From contig OZ024740.1 of the NCBI GenBank assembly GCA_964016885.1, forward strand, positions 10,726,001-10,790,000: DNA of 64,000 bases, in the 5' to 3' direction. Positions 1 to 14,708 of this stretch are shown here, in pieces. This DNA comes from Eledone cirrhosa (lineage: Eukaryota). How positions within the stretch are numbered: position 1 is the stretch's first letter; every line of letters begins with the position of its first letter. The position numbers and the translations under genes were made by a program. Below the pieces are notes generated by a model, which was given only the letters and a program-made list of their open reading frames with translations, did not search any database and was not told the origin of the DNA.

Positions 1-3000
1 CTTAAATCCTGGTGGACCACATCTTAAATCCTGGTGGACCACATCTTAATACCTGGTGGACCCATCTTAATACCTGGTGGAGCCCGTCTTAAAACCTGGT
101 GGAGCCCATCTTAATACCTGGTGGACCCCATCTTACTACCTGGTGGAGCCCATCTTAATACGTGGTCGACCCCATCTTAATACCTGGTGGAGCCCATCTT
201 AAAGCCTGGTGGAGCCCATCTTAATAGCTGGTGGACCCCATTTTAAATCCTGGTGGACCACATCTTAAATCCTGGTGGACCACATCTTAAATCCTGGTGG
301 ACCACATCTTAATACCTGGTCGACCCATCTTAATACCTGGTGGAGCCCGTCTTAAAACCTGGTGGAGCCAATCTTAAAACCTGGTGGGGCCCATCTTAAA
401 ACCAGGTGGACCCTATCTTAAAACCTGGTGCACCCCATCTTAAAACCTGGTGGACCCCATCTTAATACCTGGTGGACCCCATCTTAATAGCTGGTGGAGC
501 CCATCTTAAAACATGGTGGAGCACATCTTAAAACCTGGTGGAGCACGTCTTAAAACCTGGTGGAGCCCATCTTAAACCTGGTTGAGCACGTCTTAATACG
601 TGGTGGAGCCCATCTTAATAGCTGGTGGAGCCCATCTTATAATATGGTGGAGCCCATCTTAAAACCTGGTGGACCCCGTCTTAAAACCTGGTGGAGCCCA
701 TCTTAATACCTAGTGGAGCCCATCTTAAAACCTGGTGGAGCCCATCTTAAAACCTGGTGGAGCCCATCTTAATACCTGGTGGACCCATCTTAATACCTGG
801 TGGAGCCCATCTTAATACCTGGTGGACCCCATCTTAATACCTGGTGGAGCCCATCTTAAAACCTGGTGGAGCCCATCTTAATACCTGGTGGAGCCCATCA
901 TAAAACCTGGTGCCCATCTTAATACCTGGTGGAGCCCATCTTAAAACCTGGTGGAGCCCATCTTAATACCTGGTGGAGCCCATCTTAATACCTGGTGGAC
1001 CCCATCTTAAAACCTGGTGGACCCCATCTTAAAACCCGGTGGATCCCATCTTAATACCTGGTGAAGCCCATCTTAATACCTGGTGGACCCCATCTTACTA
1101 CCTGGTGGAGCCCATCTTAATACGTGGTCGACCCCATCTTAATACCTGGTGGAGCCCATCTTAAAGCCTGGTGGAGCCCATCTTAATAGCTGGTGGACCC
1201 CATCTTAAATCCTGGTGGACCACATCTTAAATCCTGGTGGACCACATCTTAATACCTGGTGGACCCATCTTAATACCTGGTGGAGCCCGTCTTAAAACCT
1301 GGTGGAGCCCATCTTAAAACCTGGTGGGGCCCAACTTAAAACCAGGTGGACCCCATCTTAAAACCTGGTGCACCCCATCTTAAAACCTGGTGGACCCCAT
1401 CTTAAAACCTGGTGGAGCCCATCTTAAAACATGGTGGAGCCCATCTTAAAACCTGGTGGAGCCCATCTTAAACCTGGTTGAGCACGTCTTAATACGTGGT
1501 GGAGCCCATCTTAATAGCTGGTGGAGCCCATCTTATAATATGGTGGAGCCCATCTTAAAACCTGGTGGACCCCATCTTAAAACCTGGTGGACCCCGTCTT
1601 AAAACCTGGTGGAGCCCATCTTAATACCTAGTGGAGCCCATCTTAAAACCTGGTGGAGCCCATCTTAAAACCTGGTGGTTCTCATCATAAAACCTGGTGC
1701 AGCCCATCTTAATACCTGGTGGAGCCCATCTTAATACCTGGTGGACCCCATCTTAATACCTGGTGGAGCCCATCTTAAAACCTGGTGGAGCCCATCTTAA
1801 TACCTGGTGGAGCCCATCATAAAACCTGGTGCCCATCTTAATACCTGGTGGAGCCCATCTTAAAACCTGGTGGAGCCCATCTTAATACCTGGTGGAGCCC
1901 ATCTTAATACCTGGTGGACCCCATCTTAAAACCTGGTGGACCCCATCTTAAAACCTGGTGGATCCCATCTTAATACCTGGTGAAGCCCATCTTAATACCT
2001 GGTGGACCCCATCTTACTACCTGGTGGAGCCCATCTTAATACGTGGTCGACCCCATCTTAATACCTGGTGGAGCCCATCTTAAAGCCTGGTGGAGCCCAT
2101 CTTAATAGCTGGTGGACCCCATCTTAAATCCTGGTGGACCACATCTTAAATCCTGGTGGACCACATCTTAATACCTGGTGGACCCATCTTAATACCTGGT
2201 GGAGCCCGTCTTAAAACCTGGTGGAGCCCATCTTAATACCTGGTGGACCCCATCTTACTACCTGGTGGAGCCCATCTTAATACGTGGTCGACCCCATCTT
2301 AATACCTGGTGGAGCCCATCTTAAAGCCTGGTGGAGCCCATCTTAATAGCTGGTGGACCCCATCTTAAATCCTGGTGGACCACATCTTAAATCCTGGTGG
2401 ACCACATCTTAAATCCTGGTGGACCACATCTTAATACCTGGTCGACCCATCTTAATACCTGGTGGAGCCCGTCTTAAAACCTGGTGGAGCCAATCTTAAA
2501 ACCTGGTGGGGCCCATCTTAAAACCAGGTGGACCCTATCTTAAAACCTGGTGCACCCCATCTTAAAACCTGGTGGACCCCATCTTAAAACCTGGTGGACC
2601 CCATCTTAATACCTGGTGGACCCCATCTTAATAGCTGGTGGAGCCCATCTTAAAACATGGTGGAGCACATCTTAAAACCTGGTGGAGCACGTCTTAAAAC
2701 CTGGTGGAGCCCATCTTAAACCTGGTTGAGCACGTCTTAATACGTGGTGGAGCCCATCTTAATAGCTGGTGGAGCCCATCTTATAATATGGTGGAGCCCA
2801 TCTTAAAACCTGGTGGACCCCGTCTTAAAACCTGGTGGAGCCCATCTTAATACCTAGTGGAGCCCATCTTAAAACCTGGTGGAGCCCATCTTAAAACCTG
2901 GTGGAGCCCATCTTAATACCTGGTGGACCCATCTTAATACCTGGTGGAGCCCATCTTAATACCTGGTGGACCCCATCTTAATACCTGGTGGAGCCCATCT

Positions 3001-6000
3001 TAAAACCTGGTGGAGCCCATCTTAATACCTGGTGGAGCCCATCATAAAACCTGGTGCCCATCTTAATACCTGGTGGAGCCCATCTTAAAACCTGGTGGAG
3101 CCCATCTTAATACCTGGTGGAGCCCATCTTAATACCTGGTGGACCCCATCTTAAAACCTGGTGGACCCCATCTTAAAACCTGGTGGATCCCATCTTAATA
3201 CCTGGTGAAGCCCATCTTAATACCTGGTGGACCCCATCTTACTACCTGGTGGAGCCCATCTTAATACGTGGTCGACCCCATCTTAATACCTGGTGGAGCC
3301 CATCTTAAAGCCTGGTGGAGCCCATCTTAATAGCTGGTGGACCCCATCTTAAATCCTGGTGGACCACATCTTAAATCCTGGTGGACCACATCTTAATACC
3401 TGGTGGAGCCCGTCTTAAAACCTGGTGGAGCCCATCTTAAAACCTGGTGGGGCCCATCTTAAAACCAGGTGGACCCCATCTTAAAACCTGGTGCACCCCA
3501 TCTTAAAACCTGGTGGACCCCATCTTAAAACCTGGTGGAGCCCATCTTAAAAAATGGTGGAGCCCATCTTAAAACCTGGTGGAGCCCATCTTAAACCTGG
3601 TTGAGCCCGTCTTAATACGTGGTGGAGCCCATCTTAATAGCTGGTGGAGCCCATCTTATAATATGGTGGAGCCCATCTTAAAACCTGGTGGACCCCATCT
3701 TAAAACCTGGTGGACCCCGTCTTAAAACCTGGTGGAGCCCATCTTAATACCTAGTGGAGCCCATCTTAAAACCTGGTGGAGCCCATCTTAAAACCTGGTG
3801 GTTCTCATCATAAAACCTGGTGCAGCCCATCTTAATACCTGGTGGAGCCCATCTTAATACCTGGTGGACCCCATCTTTAAACCTGCTGAACTCCATCTTA
3901 AAACCTGGTGGACACCATCTTAATACCTGGTGGAGCCCGTCTTAATACCTGATGGACCCCATCTTAATAGCTGGTGGACCACATCTTAAAACCTGGTGGA
4001 GCCCATCTTAATACCTGGTGGAGCCCATCTTAATACCTGGTGGACCCCATCTTAAAACCTGGTGGACCCCATCTTAATACCTGGTGAAGCCCATCTTAAT
4101 ACCTGGTGGACCCCATCTTACTACCTGGTGGAGCCCATCTTAATACGTGGTCGACCCCATCTTAATACCTGGTGGAGCCCATCTTAAAGCCTGGTGGAGC
4201 CCATCTTAATAGCTGGTGGACCCCATCTTAAATCCTGGTGGACCACATCTTAAATCCTGGTGGACCACATCTTAATACCTGGTGGACCCATCTTAATACC
4301 TGGTGGAGCCCGTCTTAAAACCTGGTGGAGCCCATCTTAATACCTGGTGGACCCCATCTTACTACCTGGTGGAGCCCATCTTAATACGTGGTCGACCCCA
4401 TCTTAATACCTGGTGGAGCCCATCTTAAAGCCTGGTGGAGCCCATCTTAATAGCTGGTGGACCCCATTTTAAATCCTGGTGGACCACATCTTAAATCCTG
4501 GTGGACCACATCTTAAATCCTGGTGGACCACATCTTAATACCTGGTCGACCCATCTTAATACCTGGTGGAGCCCGTCTTAAAACCTGGTGGAGCCAATCT
4601 TAAAACCTGGTGGGGCCCATCTTAAAACCAGGTGGACCCTATCTTAAAACCTGGTGCACCCCATCTTAAAACCTGGTGGACCCCATCTTAAAACCTGGTG
4701 GACCCCATCTTAATACCTGGTGGACCCCATCTTAATAGCTGGTGGAGCCCATCTTAAAACATGGTGGAGCACATCTTAAAACCTGGTGGAGCACGTCTTA
4801 AAACCTGGTGGAGCCCATCTTAAACCTGGTTGAGCACGTCTTAATACGTGGTGGAGCCCATCTTAATAGCTGGTGGAGCCCATCTTATAATATGGTGGAG
4901 CCCATCTTAAAACCTGGTGGACCCCATCTTAAAACCTGGTGGACCCCGTCTTAAAACCTGGTGGAGCCCATCTTAATACCTAGTGGAGCCCATGTTAAAA
5001 CCTGGTGGAGCCCATCTTAAAACCTGGTGGAGCCCATCTTAATACCTGGTGGACCCATCTTAATACCTGGTGGAGCCCATCTTAATACCTGGTGGACCCC
5101 ATCTTAATACCTGGTGGAGCCCATCTTAAAACCTGGTGGAGCCCATCTTAATACCTGGTGGAGCCCATCATAAAACCTGGTGCCCATCTTAATACCTGGT
5201 GGAGCCCATCTTAAAACCTGGTGGAGCCCATCTTAATACCTGGTGGAGCCCGTCTTAATACCTGATGGACCCCATCTTAATAGCTGGTGGACCACATCTT
5301 AAAACCTGGTGGAGCCCATCTTAATACCTGGTGGAGCCCATCTTAATACCTGGTGGACCCCATCTTAAAACCTGGTGGACCCCATCTTAATACCTGGTGA
5401 AGCCCATCTTAATACCTGGTGGACCCCATCTTACTACCTGGTGGAGCCCATCTTAATACGTGGTCGACCCCATCTTAATACCTGGTGGAGCCCATCTTAA
5501 AGCCTGGTGGAGCCCATCTTAATAGCTGGTGGACCCCATCTTAAATCCTGGTGGACCACATCTTAAATCCTGGTGGACCACATCTTAATACCTGGTGGAC
5601 CCATCTTAATACCTGGTGGAGCCCGTCTTAAAACCTGGTGGAGCCCATCTTAATACCTGGTGGACCCCATCTTACTACCTGGTGGAGCCCATCTTAATAC
5701 GTGGTCGACCCCATCTTAATACCTGGTGGAGCCCATCTTAAAGCCTGGTGGAGCCCATCTTAATAGCTGGTGGACCCCATTTTAAATCCTGGTGGACCAC
5801 ATCTTAAATCCTGGTGGACCACATCTTAAATCCTGGTGGACCACATCTTAATACCTGGTCGACCCATCTTAATACCTGGTGGAGCCCGTCTTAAAACCTG
5901 GTGGAGCCAATCTTAAAACCTGGTGGGGCCCATCTTAAAACCAGGTGGACCCTATCTTAAAACCTGGTGCACCCCATCTTAAAACCTGGTGGACCCCATC

Positions 6001-9000
6001 TTAAAACCTGGTGGACCCCATCTTAATACCTGGTGGACCCCATCTTAATAGCTGGTGGAGCCCATCTTAAAACATGGTGGAGCACATCTTAAAACCTGGT
6101 GGAGCACGTCTTAAAACCTGGTGGAGCCCATCTTAAACCTGGTTGAGCACGTCTTAATACGTGGTGGAGCCCATCTTAATAGCTGGTGGAGCCCATCTTA
6201 TAATATGGTGGAGCCCATCTTAAAACCTGGTGGACCCCGTCTTAAAACCTGGTGGAGCCCATCTTAATACCTAGTGGAGCCCATCTTAAAACCTGGTGGA
6301 GCCCATCTTAAAACCTGGTGGAGCCCATCTTAATACCTGGTGGACCCATCTTAATACCTGGTGGAGCCCATCTTAATACCTGGTGGACCCCATCTTAATA
6401 CCTGGTGGAGCCCATCTTAAAACCTGGTGGAGCCCATCTTAATACCTGGTGGAGCCCATCATAAAACCTGGTGCCCATCTTAATACCTGGTGGAGCCCAT
6501 CTTAAAACCTGGTGGAGCCCATCTTAATACCTGGTGGAGCCCATCTTAATACCTGGTGGACCCCATCTTAAAACCTGGTGGACCCCATCTTAAAACCTGG
6601 TGGATCCCATCTTAATACCTGGTGAAGCCCATCTTAATACCTGGTGGACCCCATCTTACTACCTGGTGGAGCCCATCTTAATACGTGGTCGACCCCATCT
6701 TAATACCTGGTGGAGCCCATCTTAAAGCCTGGTGGAGCCCATCTTAATAGCTGGTGGACCCCATCTTAAATCCTGGTGGACCACATCTTAAATCCTGGTG
6801 GACCACATCTTAATACCTGGTGGAGCCCGTCTTAAAACCTGGTGGAGCCCATCTTAAAACCTGGTGGGGCCCATCTTAAAACCAGGTGGACCCCATCTTA
6901 AAACCTGGTGCACCCCATCTTAAAACCTGGTGGACCCCATCTTAAAACCTGGTGGAGCCCATCTTAAAAAATGGTGGAGCCCATCTTAAAACCTGGTGGA
7001 GCCCATCTTAAACCTGGTTGAGCCCGTCTTAATACGTGGTGGAGCCCATCTTAATAGCTGGTGGAGCCCATCTTATAATATGGTGGAGCCCATCTTAAAA
7101 CCTGGTGGACCCCATCTTAAAACCTGGTGGACCCCGTCTTAAAACCTGGTGGAGCCCATCTTAATACCTAGTGGAGCCCATCTTAAAACCTGGTGGAGCC
7201 CATCTTAAAACCTGGTGGTTCCCATCATAAAACCTGGTGCAGCCCATCTTAATACCTGGTGGAGCCCATCTTAATACCTGGTGGACCCCATCTTTAAACC
7301 TGCTGAACTCCATCTTAAAACCTGGTGGACACCATCTTAATACCTGGTGGAGCCCGTCTTAATACCTGATGGACCCCATCTTAATAGCTGGTGGACCACA
7401 TCTTAAAACCTGGTGGAGCCCATCTTAATACCTGGTGGAGCCCATCTTAATACCTGGTGGACCCCATCTTAAAACCTGGTGGACCCCATCTTAATACCTG
7501 GTGAAGCCCATCTTAATACCTGGTGGACCCCATCTTACTACCTGGTGGAGCCCATCTTAATACGTGGTCGACCCCATCTTAATACCTGGTGGAGCCCATC
7601 TTAAAGCCTGGTGGAGCCCATCTTAATAGCTGGTGGACCCCATCTTAAATCCTGGTGGACCACATCTTAAATCCTGGTGGACCACATCTTAATACCTGGT
7701 GGACCCATCTTAATACCTGGTGGAGCCCGTCTTAAAACCTGGTGGAGCCCATCTTAATACCTGGTGGACCCCATCTTACTACCTGGTGGAGCCCATCTTA
7801 ATACGTGGTCGACCCCATCTTAATACCTGGTGGAGCCCATCTTAAAGCCTGGTGGAGCCCATCTTAATAGCTGGTGGACCCCATTTTAAATCCTGGTGGA
7901 CCACATCTTAAATCCTGGTGGACCACATCTTAAATCCTGGTGGACCACATCTTAATACCTGGTCGACCCATCTTAATACCTGGTGGAGCCCGTCTTAAAA
8001 CCTGGTGGAGCCAATCTTAAAACCTGGTGGGGCCCATCTTAAAACCAGGTGGACCCTATCTTAAAACCTGGTGCACCCCATCTTAAAACCTGGTGGACCC
8101 CATCTTAAAACCTGGTGGACCCCATCTTAATACCTGGTGGACCCCATCTTAATAGCTGGTGGAGCCCATCTTAAAACATGGTGGAGCACATCTTAAAACC
8201 TGGTGGAGCACGTCTTAAAACCTGGTGGAGCCCATCTTAAACCTGGTTGAGCACGTCTTAATACGTGGTGGAGCCCATCTTAATAGCTGGTGGAGCCCAT
8301 CTTATAATATGGTGGAGCCCATCTTAAAACCTGGTGGACCCCATCTTAAAACCTGGTGGACCCCGTCTTAAAACCTGGTGGAGCCCATCTTAATACCTAG
8401 TGGAGCCCATCTTAAAACCTGGTGGAGCCCATCTTAAAACCTGGTGGAGCCCATCTTAATACCTGGTGGACCCATCTTAATACCTGGTGGAGCCCATCTT
8501 AATACCTGGTGGACCCCATCTTAATACCTGGTGGAGCCCATCTTAAAACCTGGTGGAGCCCATCTTAATACCTGGTGGAGCCCATCATAAAACCTGGTGC
8601 CCATCTTAATACCTGGTGGAGCCCATCTTAAAACCTGGTGGAGCCCATCTTAATACCTGGTGGAGCCCATCTTAATACCTGGTGGACCCCATCTTAAAAC
8701 CTGGTGGACCCCATCTTAAAACCTGGTGGATCCCATCTTAATACCTGGTGAAGCCCATCTTAATACCTGGTGGACCCCATCTTACTACCTGGTGGAGCCC
8801 ATCTTAATACGTGGTCGACCCCATCTTAATACCTGGTGGAGCCCATCTTAAAGCCTGGTGGAGCCCATCTTAATAGCTGGTGGACCCCATCTTAAATCCT
8901 GGTGGACCACATCTTAAATCCTGGTGGACCACATCTTAATACCTGGTGGACCCATCTTAATACCTGGTGGAGCCCGTCTTAAAACCTGGTGGAGCCCATC

Positions 9001-10790
9001 TTAAAACCTGGTGGGGCCCAACTTAAAACCAGGTGGACCCCATCTTAAAACCTGGTGCACCCCATCTTAAAACCTGGTGGACCCCATCTTAAAACCTGGT
9101 GGAGCCCATCTTAAAACATGGTGGAGCCCATCTTAAAACCTGGTGGAGCCCATCTTAAACCTGGTTGAGCACGTCTTAATACGTGGTGGAGCCCATCTTA
9201 ATAGCTGGTGGAGCCCATCTTATAATATGGTGGAGCCCATCTTAAAACCTGGTGGACCCCATCTTAAAACCTGGTGGACCCCGTCTTAAAACCTGGTGGA
9301 GCCCATCTTAATACCTAGTGGAGCCCATCTTAAAACCTGGTGGAGCCCATCTTAAAACCTGGTGGTTCTCATCATAAAACCTGGTGCAGCCCATCTTAAT
9401 ACCTGGTGGAGCCCATCTTAATACCTGGTGGAGCCCATCTTAATACCTGGTGGACCCCATCTTTAAACCTGCTGAACTCCATCTTAAAACCTGGTGGACA
9501 CCATCTTAATACCTGGTGGAGCCCGTCTTAATACCTGATGGACCCCATCTTAATAGCTCGTGGACCACATCTTAAAACCTGGTGGAGCCCATCTTAATAC
9601 CTGGTGGAGCCCATCTTAATACCTGGTGGACCCCATCTTAAAACCTGGTGGACCCCATCTTAAAACCTGGTGGACCCTATCTTAAAACATGGTGGAGCCC
9701 ATCTTAATTCCTGGTGGACCCCATCTTAAAACCTGGTGGACCCCATCTTAATTACTGGTGGAGCCCATCTTAATACCTTGTTGACCCATCTTAAAACCTG
9801 GTGGAGCCCATACTAATACCTGGTGGACCCCATCTTAAAACCTGGTGGACCCCATCTTAATTACTGGTGGAGCCCATCTTAATACCTGGTTGACCCATCT
9901 TAAAACCTGGTGGATCCCATATTAATACCTGGTGGAGCCCATCATAAAACCTGGTGGAACACGTCTTAAATCCTGGTGGAGCCCATCTTAAAACCTGGTG
10001 GGGGACGTCTTAATACGTGGTGGAGCCCATCTTAATACCTGGTGGAGCCCATCTTATTACCTGGTGGAGCCCATCTTAATACCAGGTGGACCCGATCTTA
10101 AATCCTGGTGGACCCCATCTTAAAACCTGGTGGACCCCATCTCAATACCTGTTGGAGCCCATCTTAAAACCAGGTGGAGCCCATCTTGAAACCTGGTAGA
10201 CCCCATCTTAAAACCTGGTGGAGCCCATCTTAAAACCTGGTGGAGCCCATCTTAATACCTGGTGCAGCCCATCTTAAAACCAGGTGGAGCCCATCTTAAT
10301 ACCTGGTGGAGCCCATCATAAAACCTGGTGCCCATCTTAATACCTGGTGGAGCCCATCTTAAAACCTGGTGGAGCCCATCTTAATACCTGGTGGAGCCCA
10401 TCTTAATAGCTGGTGGAGCCCATCTTATAATATGGTGGAGCCCATCATAAAACCTGGTGGACCCCATCTTAATACCTGGTGGACCCCATTATAAAACCTG
10501 GTGGTCCCCATCTTAAAACCTGGTGGACCCCATCTTAAAACCTGGTGGACCCCATCTTAATTACTGGTGGAGCCCATCTTAAAACCTGGTGAGCCCATCT
10601 TAATACCGGGTGGACCCCCATCTTAAAACCTGGTGGAACCCATCTTAATACCTGGTGGAGCCCATCTTGAAACCTGGTGGAGCCCATCTTAAAACCTGGT
10701 GGAGACCATCTTAATACCTGGTGGAGCCCATCTTAAAACCTGGTGGAGACCATCTTAATACCTGGTGGACCACATCTTAACACCTGGTGG
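1..10790. repeat. 22-bp satellite array (consensus ~CCCATCTTAA(A/T)ACCTGGTGGAG) with higher-order repeats; extends beyond window start
   Basis: Uninterrupted tandem 22-mers. Diagnostic variant monomers recur in fixed order; monomers are more diverged after ~9650. Confidence 0.97.
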
Positions 10791-11926
10791 AAGACCACTT
10801 AACCCTGATAATGTACTCCCGCAACGTTGATGATATAAACATCGTAGTTAAGACACCCCCACTAGAGAACAGCCAGGAACTAGAGAAAAACACAATGGAA
10901 AGCATCCAGCAAATAGCAAACTCCATCCACCAGAGCATTAGAGTTACTATAGACTACCCAAGTAAACACCCCAACCATCGATTACCTGTACTAGACACAG
11001 AGCTCTGGTTAGATACGATTAACAACAAAAAACAAATCCTCCATTCCCATTATGCCAAACCCATGACTTCCAAACATCTGATCCACCGAAACTCGGCCGT
11101 TTCGGACCATACCAAAATCAACATACTGATTGCGGATTTGGTACGAGTGATGAGAAATGTGTGCCGCATGTGCAACCCCGAAGAACTAGAGAGACACATA
11201 CAACACTTCATCCACCGTATGCAGTTCTCTGGCTACAATCAGAGAGATAAAATCAGAGTGTATAGAGGAGCCAGAACCAAATGGGAAAAAATGGTAAATA
11301 ATGACATAAATGGGACCTGCCCCCTGTATAGGAGCAAATTTTGGAATAGAATAGAAAGAACTAGGAACAAGGCTAATAGAATAAACTCATGGTATGATAG
11401 CAATAAATACCAGAGTGTAATGTTCATCGATACAACCCCTAGAGGTGAATTAGCTTACAAATTTAGAAGGGCCCTAAATAAACATAAACTCAATATTAAG
11501 ATAGTAGAAAGACCAGGTACCTCCGTAAAAACACTTATTAGCAAGACATACCCTTTTCAAAGACCCCCCTGTATAGATAAGAAATGTATAACCTGTAAAA
11601 TAAGCCCCCATATTAACTGTAAAACTAGAAATGTAGTGTATAGCATAAGATGTACTGAAGGACAATGTAGAGACAAAAATATAGTGGACATAGGTGAGAC
11701 AGCTCGTAGTGTAGGGGAATGGATAAATGAACACTGGCGAGACCTTCAAGATAGTAAAGAATCACCTGTACTCTACCAACATGCTAAAATAGAACACAAG
11801 GGTAAATTAGAGAACATAGAAATAAAAATAGAATCTACACACAGAAAAGACGCAATGTTTAGACAAATTACAGAGGCAATAAACATAAAAGAATTACAAC
11901 CAAAATTAAATAGAAAATATGAGTAG
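10787..11926 (+). pseudogene. Truncated PLE reverse transcriptase/GIY-YIG endonuclease ORF
   Basis: Starts just upstream of the DD motif. YVDD->NVDD and YIG->DIG substitutions (the sister copy at 32461-32847 has YIGET). Confidence 0.85.
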
Positions 11927-12153
11927 AACAGCAACATCACAACTTACAATTAAGGACAAAATGAAAACACACACACACATAGAACAAACAACCAACCAGT
12001 AACATGTAAATAAACAAATAAATAAATGAACATAAACACACACAGACACCCGGATGTGGCGCATGCGCAGACTGAGCACACAACACACACACAGAAACAA
12101 AATGGCGTAGGACAGAACAAAGGAGAGGCACAGAAACAAAGAAAGGAATCACC

Positions 12154-12198
12154 AGTCACTGAAGAGGTCACAGAGTGTGTGACGAAAGAACTATGACT
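12154..12198 (+). ncRNA. Minimal type-I hammerhead ribozyme (PLE family 1 pLTR)
   Basis: AGTCA-CTGAAGA-G GTCACA gagtg TGTGAC-GAAA-G aa C-TA-TGACT: stems I and II and the core are intact; stem III is minimal. Confidence 0.8.
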
Positions 12199-12331
12199 AT
12201 GTATAAACAACTATCTGGTTGTGGAACCAACCAACCAACCAGAAATTTATAAATTTATTATAATAAATTGAAGTGAAAGCAACTGGTGCGTGTGTTTCTT
12301 ATTGGCAACATGACCCTCCCAAAGTATAACA

Positions 12332-12416
<85 letters not shown>

Positions 12417-12528
12417 CTAATTAACTAATTCATTATACTAACACGACCAATTAATATAACGACAATAATCAACACAATTCTCCTATGCTATCAGGGCGCG
12501 CGTGCACACTTACGCACACATGCACGCA

Positions 12529-12576
<48 letters not shown>

Positions 12577-12605
12577 ACATACACACACACACACACACAC
12601 GCAAT

Positions 12606-12658
<53 letters not shown>

Positions 12659-13247
12659 ACACACACACACACACACACACAATACATACACATAACCAGT
12701 AACATTAAAATAACTGGCTTCCTTTTAAATTCCCTTTCAATGAATTAGTCAAGCTGCAGTTACAGGAAAATAAATGTTGCTATAGTCCATGAGCACTTCT
12801 TAGATTTTTCAACCTTCCAAACGACGTTTTTCCAATCTCCTTTCTCTCTGAACTTTGCTCCTTCCTGACGAAGGATTTACGTCTGATACAACCACGCAGT
12901 TAATGAAACAACACCAAACTTACTACCTTGACAACACCAACAAAAACATCAAAAACATGTGGAATAATAAACGTTATTATTGATTGGAATCAACTCTAAA
13001 AACTATAAACTACATGGAAGTATACTATATCAAATACTATCTTACAAAATATAATCACCTGACGAGTGACACGGTGAACAAGAAGCTATTAAGATATTAA
13101 TTGCTTCTGAAATGCAGCAAAATAGGAAATAAACTGGTGTTGAAAAAATAAAAACTTCTTCTTCCCTTGGATATCATTTAAGGAACCACGACGTGGAGTG
13201 CTCAAGGTGCAACACACCATAGATTGTTGACCTAAAAATTACTATTT

Positions 13248-13284
<37 letters not shown>

Positions 13285-13363
13285 AATTTATGAAAAGTAC
13301 AGATTAAAGTTTAAACAAAGGATTGGTGTGTTCACCCTTTTACAGGCTCTTCTGAAACTGGTC

Positions 13364-13415
13364 AGTTTCAGAAGATCCTGTAAAAGGATGAAAGCAGCGA
13401 TTCTTTGCTTAAACT
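13364..13415 (+). ncRNA. Hammerhead-like motif with CAGAAGA (U4A) core, inside a palindromic insert
   Basis: AGTTT-CAGAAGA-stem II-GAAA-GCA..TGC-TT-AAACT; stem II is imperfect in this copy. Confidence 0.55.
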
Positions 13416-13451
13416 TTAATCTGTACTTATAATAAATATTTGCTCTACGGG

Positions 13452-13514
<63 letters not shown>

Positions 13515-13654
13515 CTTATCGAGCCCTCTTCGGATTTTAGTCTTCACACTCATTATTACTATATATATATGTAATTGGGTAGTGCTTAATACTACCCTTT
13601 CATATTTATAATTGTATATAACTCATATATAAGTATAAATATTATTATTATTAT

Positions 13655-13714
<60 letters not shown>

Positions 13715-13828
13715 TCTGCGGTGCTGAGACCGAGGAACCTAATCATGGGAGTACTCAATGTATGGCGAGATGCAGACTGATATAGACATGTAAATTTACG
13801 ACCGTGGCGCTACGGTCGCGATTTTTCA

Positions 13829-13868
<40 letters not shown>

Positions 13869-13896
13869 CATATATATATGTATATATATATATATA

Positions 13897-14577
13897 AACG
13901 AACTAAGGAAAAAATTAGAAATAAGAGGGATCAGATGTTGTTTACTCGAGAGAAGGCTACGTTGGTATGGACACGTGATGCGCATGAAAGTCGATAGCTG
14001 CATAACAAAGTGCAGGGCAATAAAGATAGACGGTAGCCACGGAATAGGCAGACCTAGAAAAACCTGGGACGAGCTGATAAACTCCGACCTCACACACTTA
14101 CACCTCTCCAAGACAATGTCACTGGACCGAGACCTTTGGCGGTACTCAGTAACAGAGAAGACCCGCCTTACCTAAATACATAGTAAAACCTACTACAGCC
14201 AGTAGGCATCTCTAACAAAATACCCCCCCCCCCCCGTCCCATCACCCCCACCCCATCCACACCACCCCGTTCTATGTAAAGTTATGTTGGTGCCACACCA
14301 TCCAGGCCGAAACAAATGAGATCGTGTAGGTGTCACGACAAAAAAACACACAGTCCACGCTGTAATGTGGCCGTGTAGGCAACACGGTAAAAACCTCCCA
14401 GACCCACACTGTAAATGTGGTTGGTGTTAGGAAGGGCATCCAACTGTAGAAAACCTGCCAGACAGTCCTATGCGAGCAAGACAATCACTCTTGCCTCAAG
14501 TGGGACTACCCCCGTCCAAACCCATGCAAGCGTGGAACACGGACGTTAAACGTTGATGATGATGATGATGATGATGA
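13897..14577 (+). mobile_element. 5'-truncated RTE LINE (3' end)
   Basis: Matches the 3' end of the 24268-27453 element; (GAT)n tail; flanked by (TA)n. Confidence 0.93.
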
Positions 14578-14708
14578 TATATATATATATATATATAGTA
14601 ATAATAATAAATGTGAAGACTAAAATCCAAAGAGGACTCGATAAGGATAAATATATATCAAATATATAAGAACCCTAGAGCAAATATTTATTAAAATAAT
14701 AGATTAAA

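Larger units (their letters stand above)
10780..12333 (+). mobile_element. 5'-truncated Penelope-like retroelement, family 1 (RT C-terminus + GIY-YIG + pLTR with hammerhead)
   Basis: ORF 10787-11926 has YSRNVDD (RT catalytic motif), LPVLD, a Cys-rich linker and VVYSIRC..DIGET (GIY-YIG). A 3' region with an HHR ends at (TA)n. Confidence 0.9.

Noticed and set aside
1-10790. CRISPR array, or a functional Chi (GCTGGTGG) cluster
   Set aside because: No unique spacers or cas genes, and the context is eukaryotic. The Chi octamer arises from a one-base monomer variant.
12861-13095. CTGACGA motifs at ~12865 and ~13059 as hammerheads
   Set aside because: The GAAA and stems are incomplete; at best heavily decayed.
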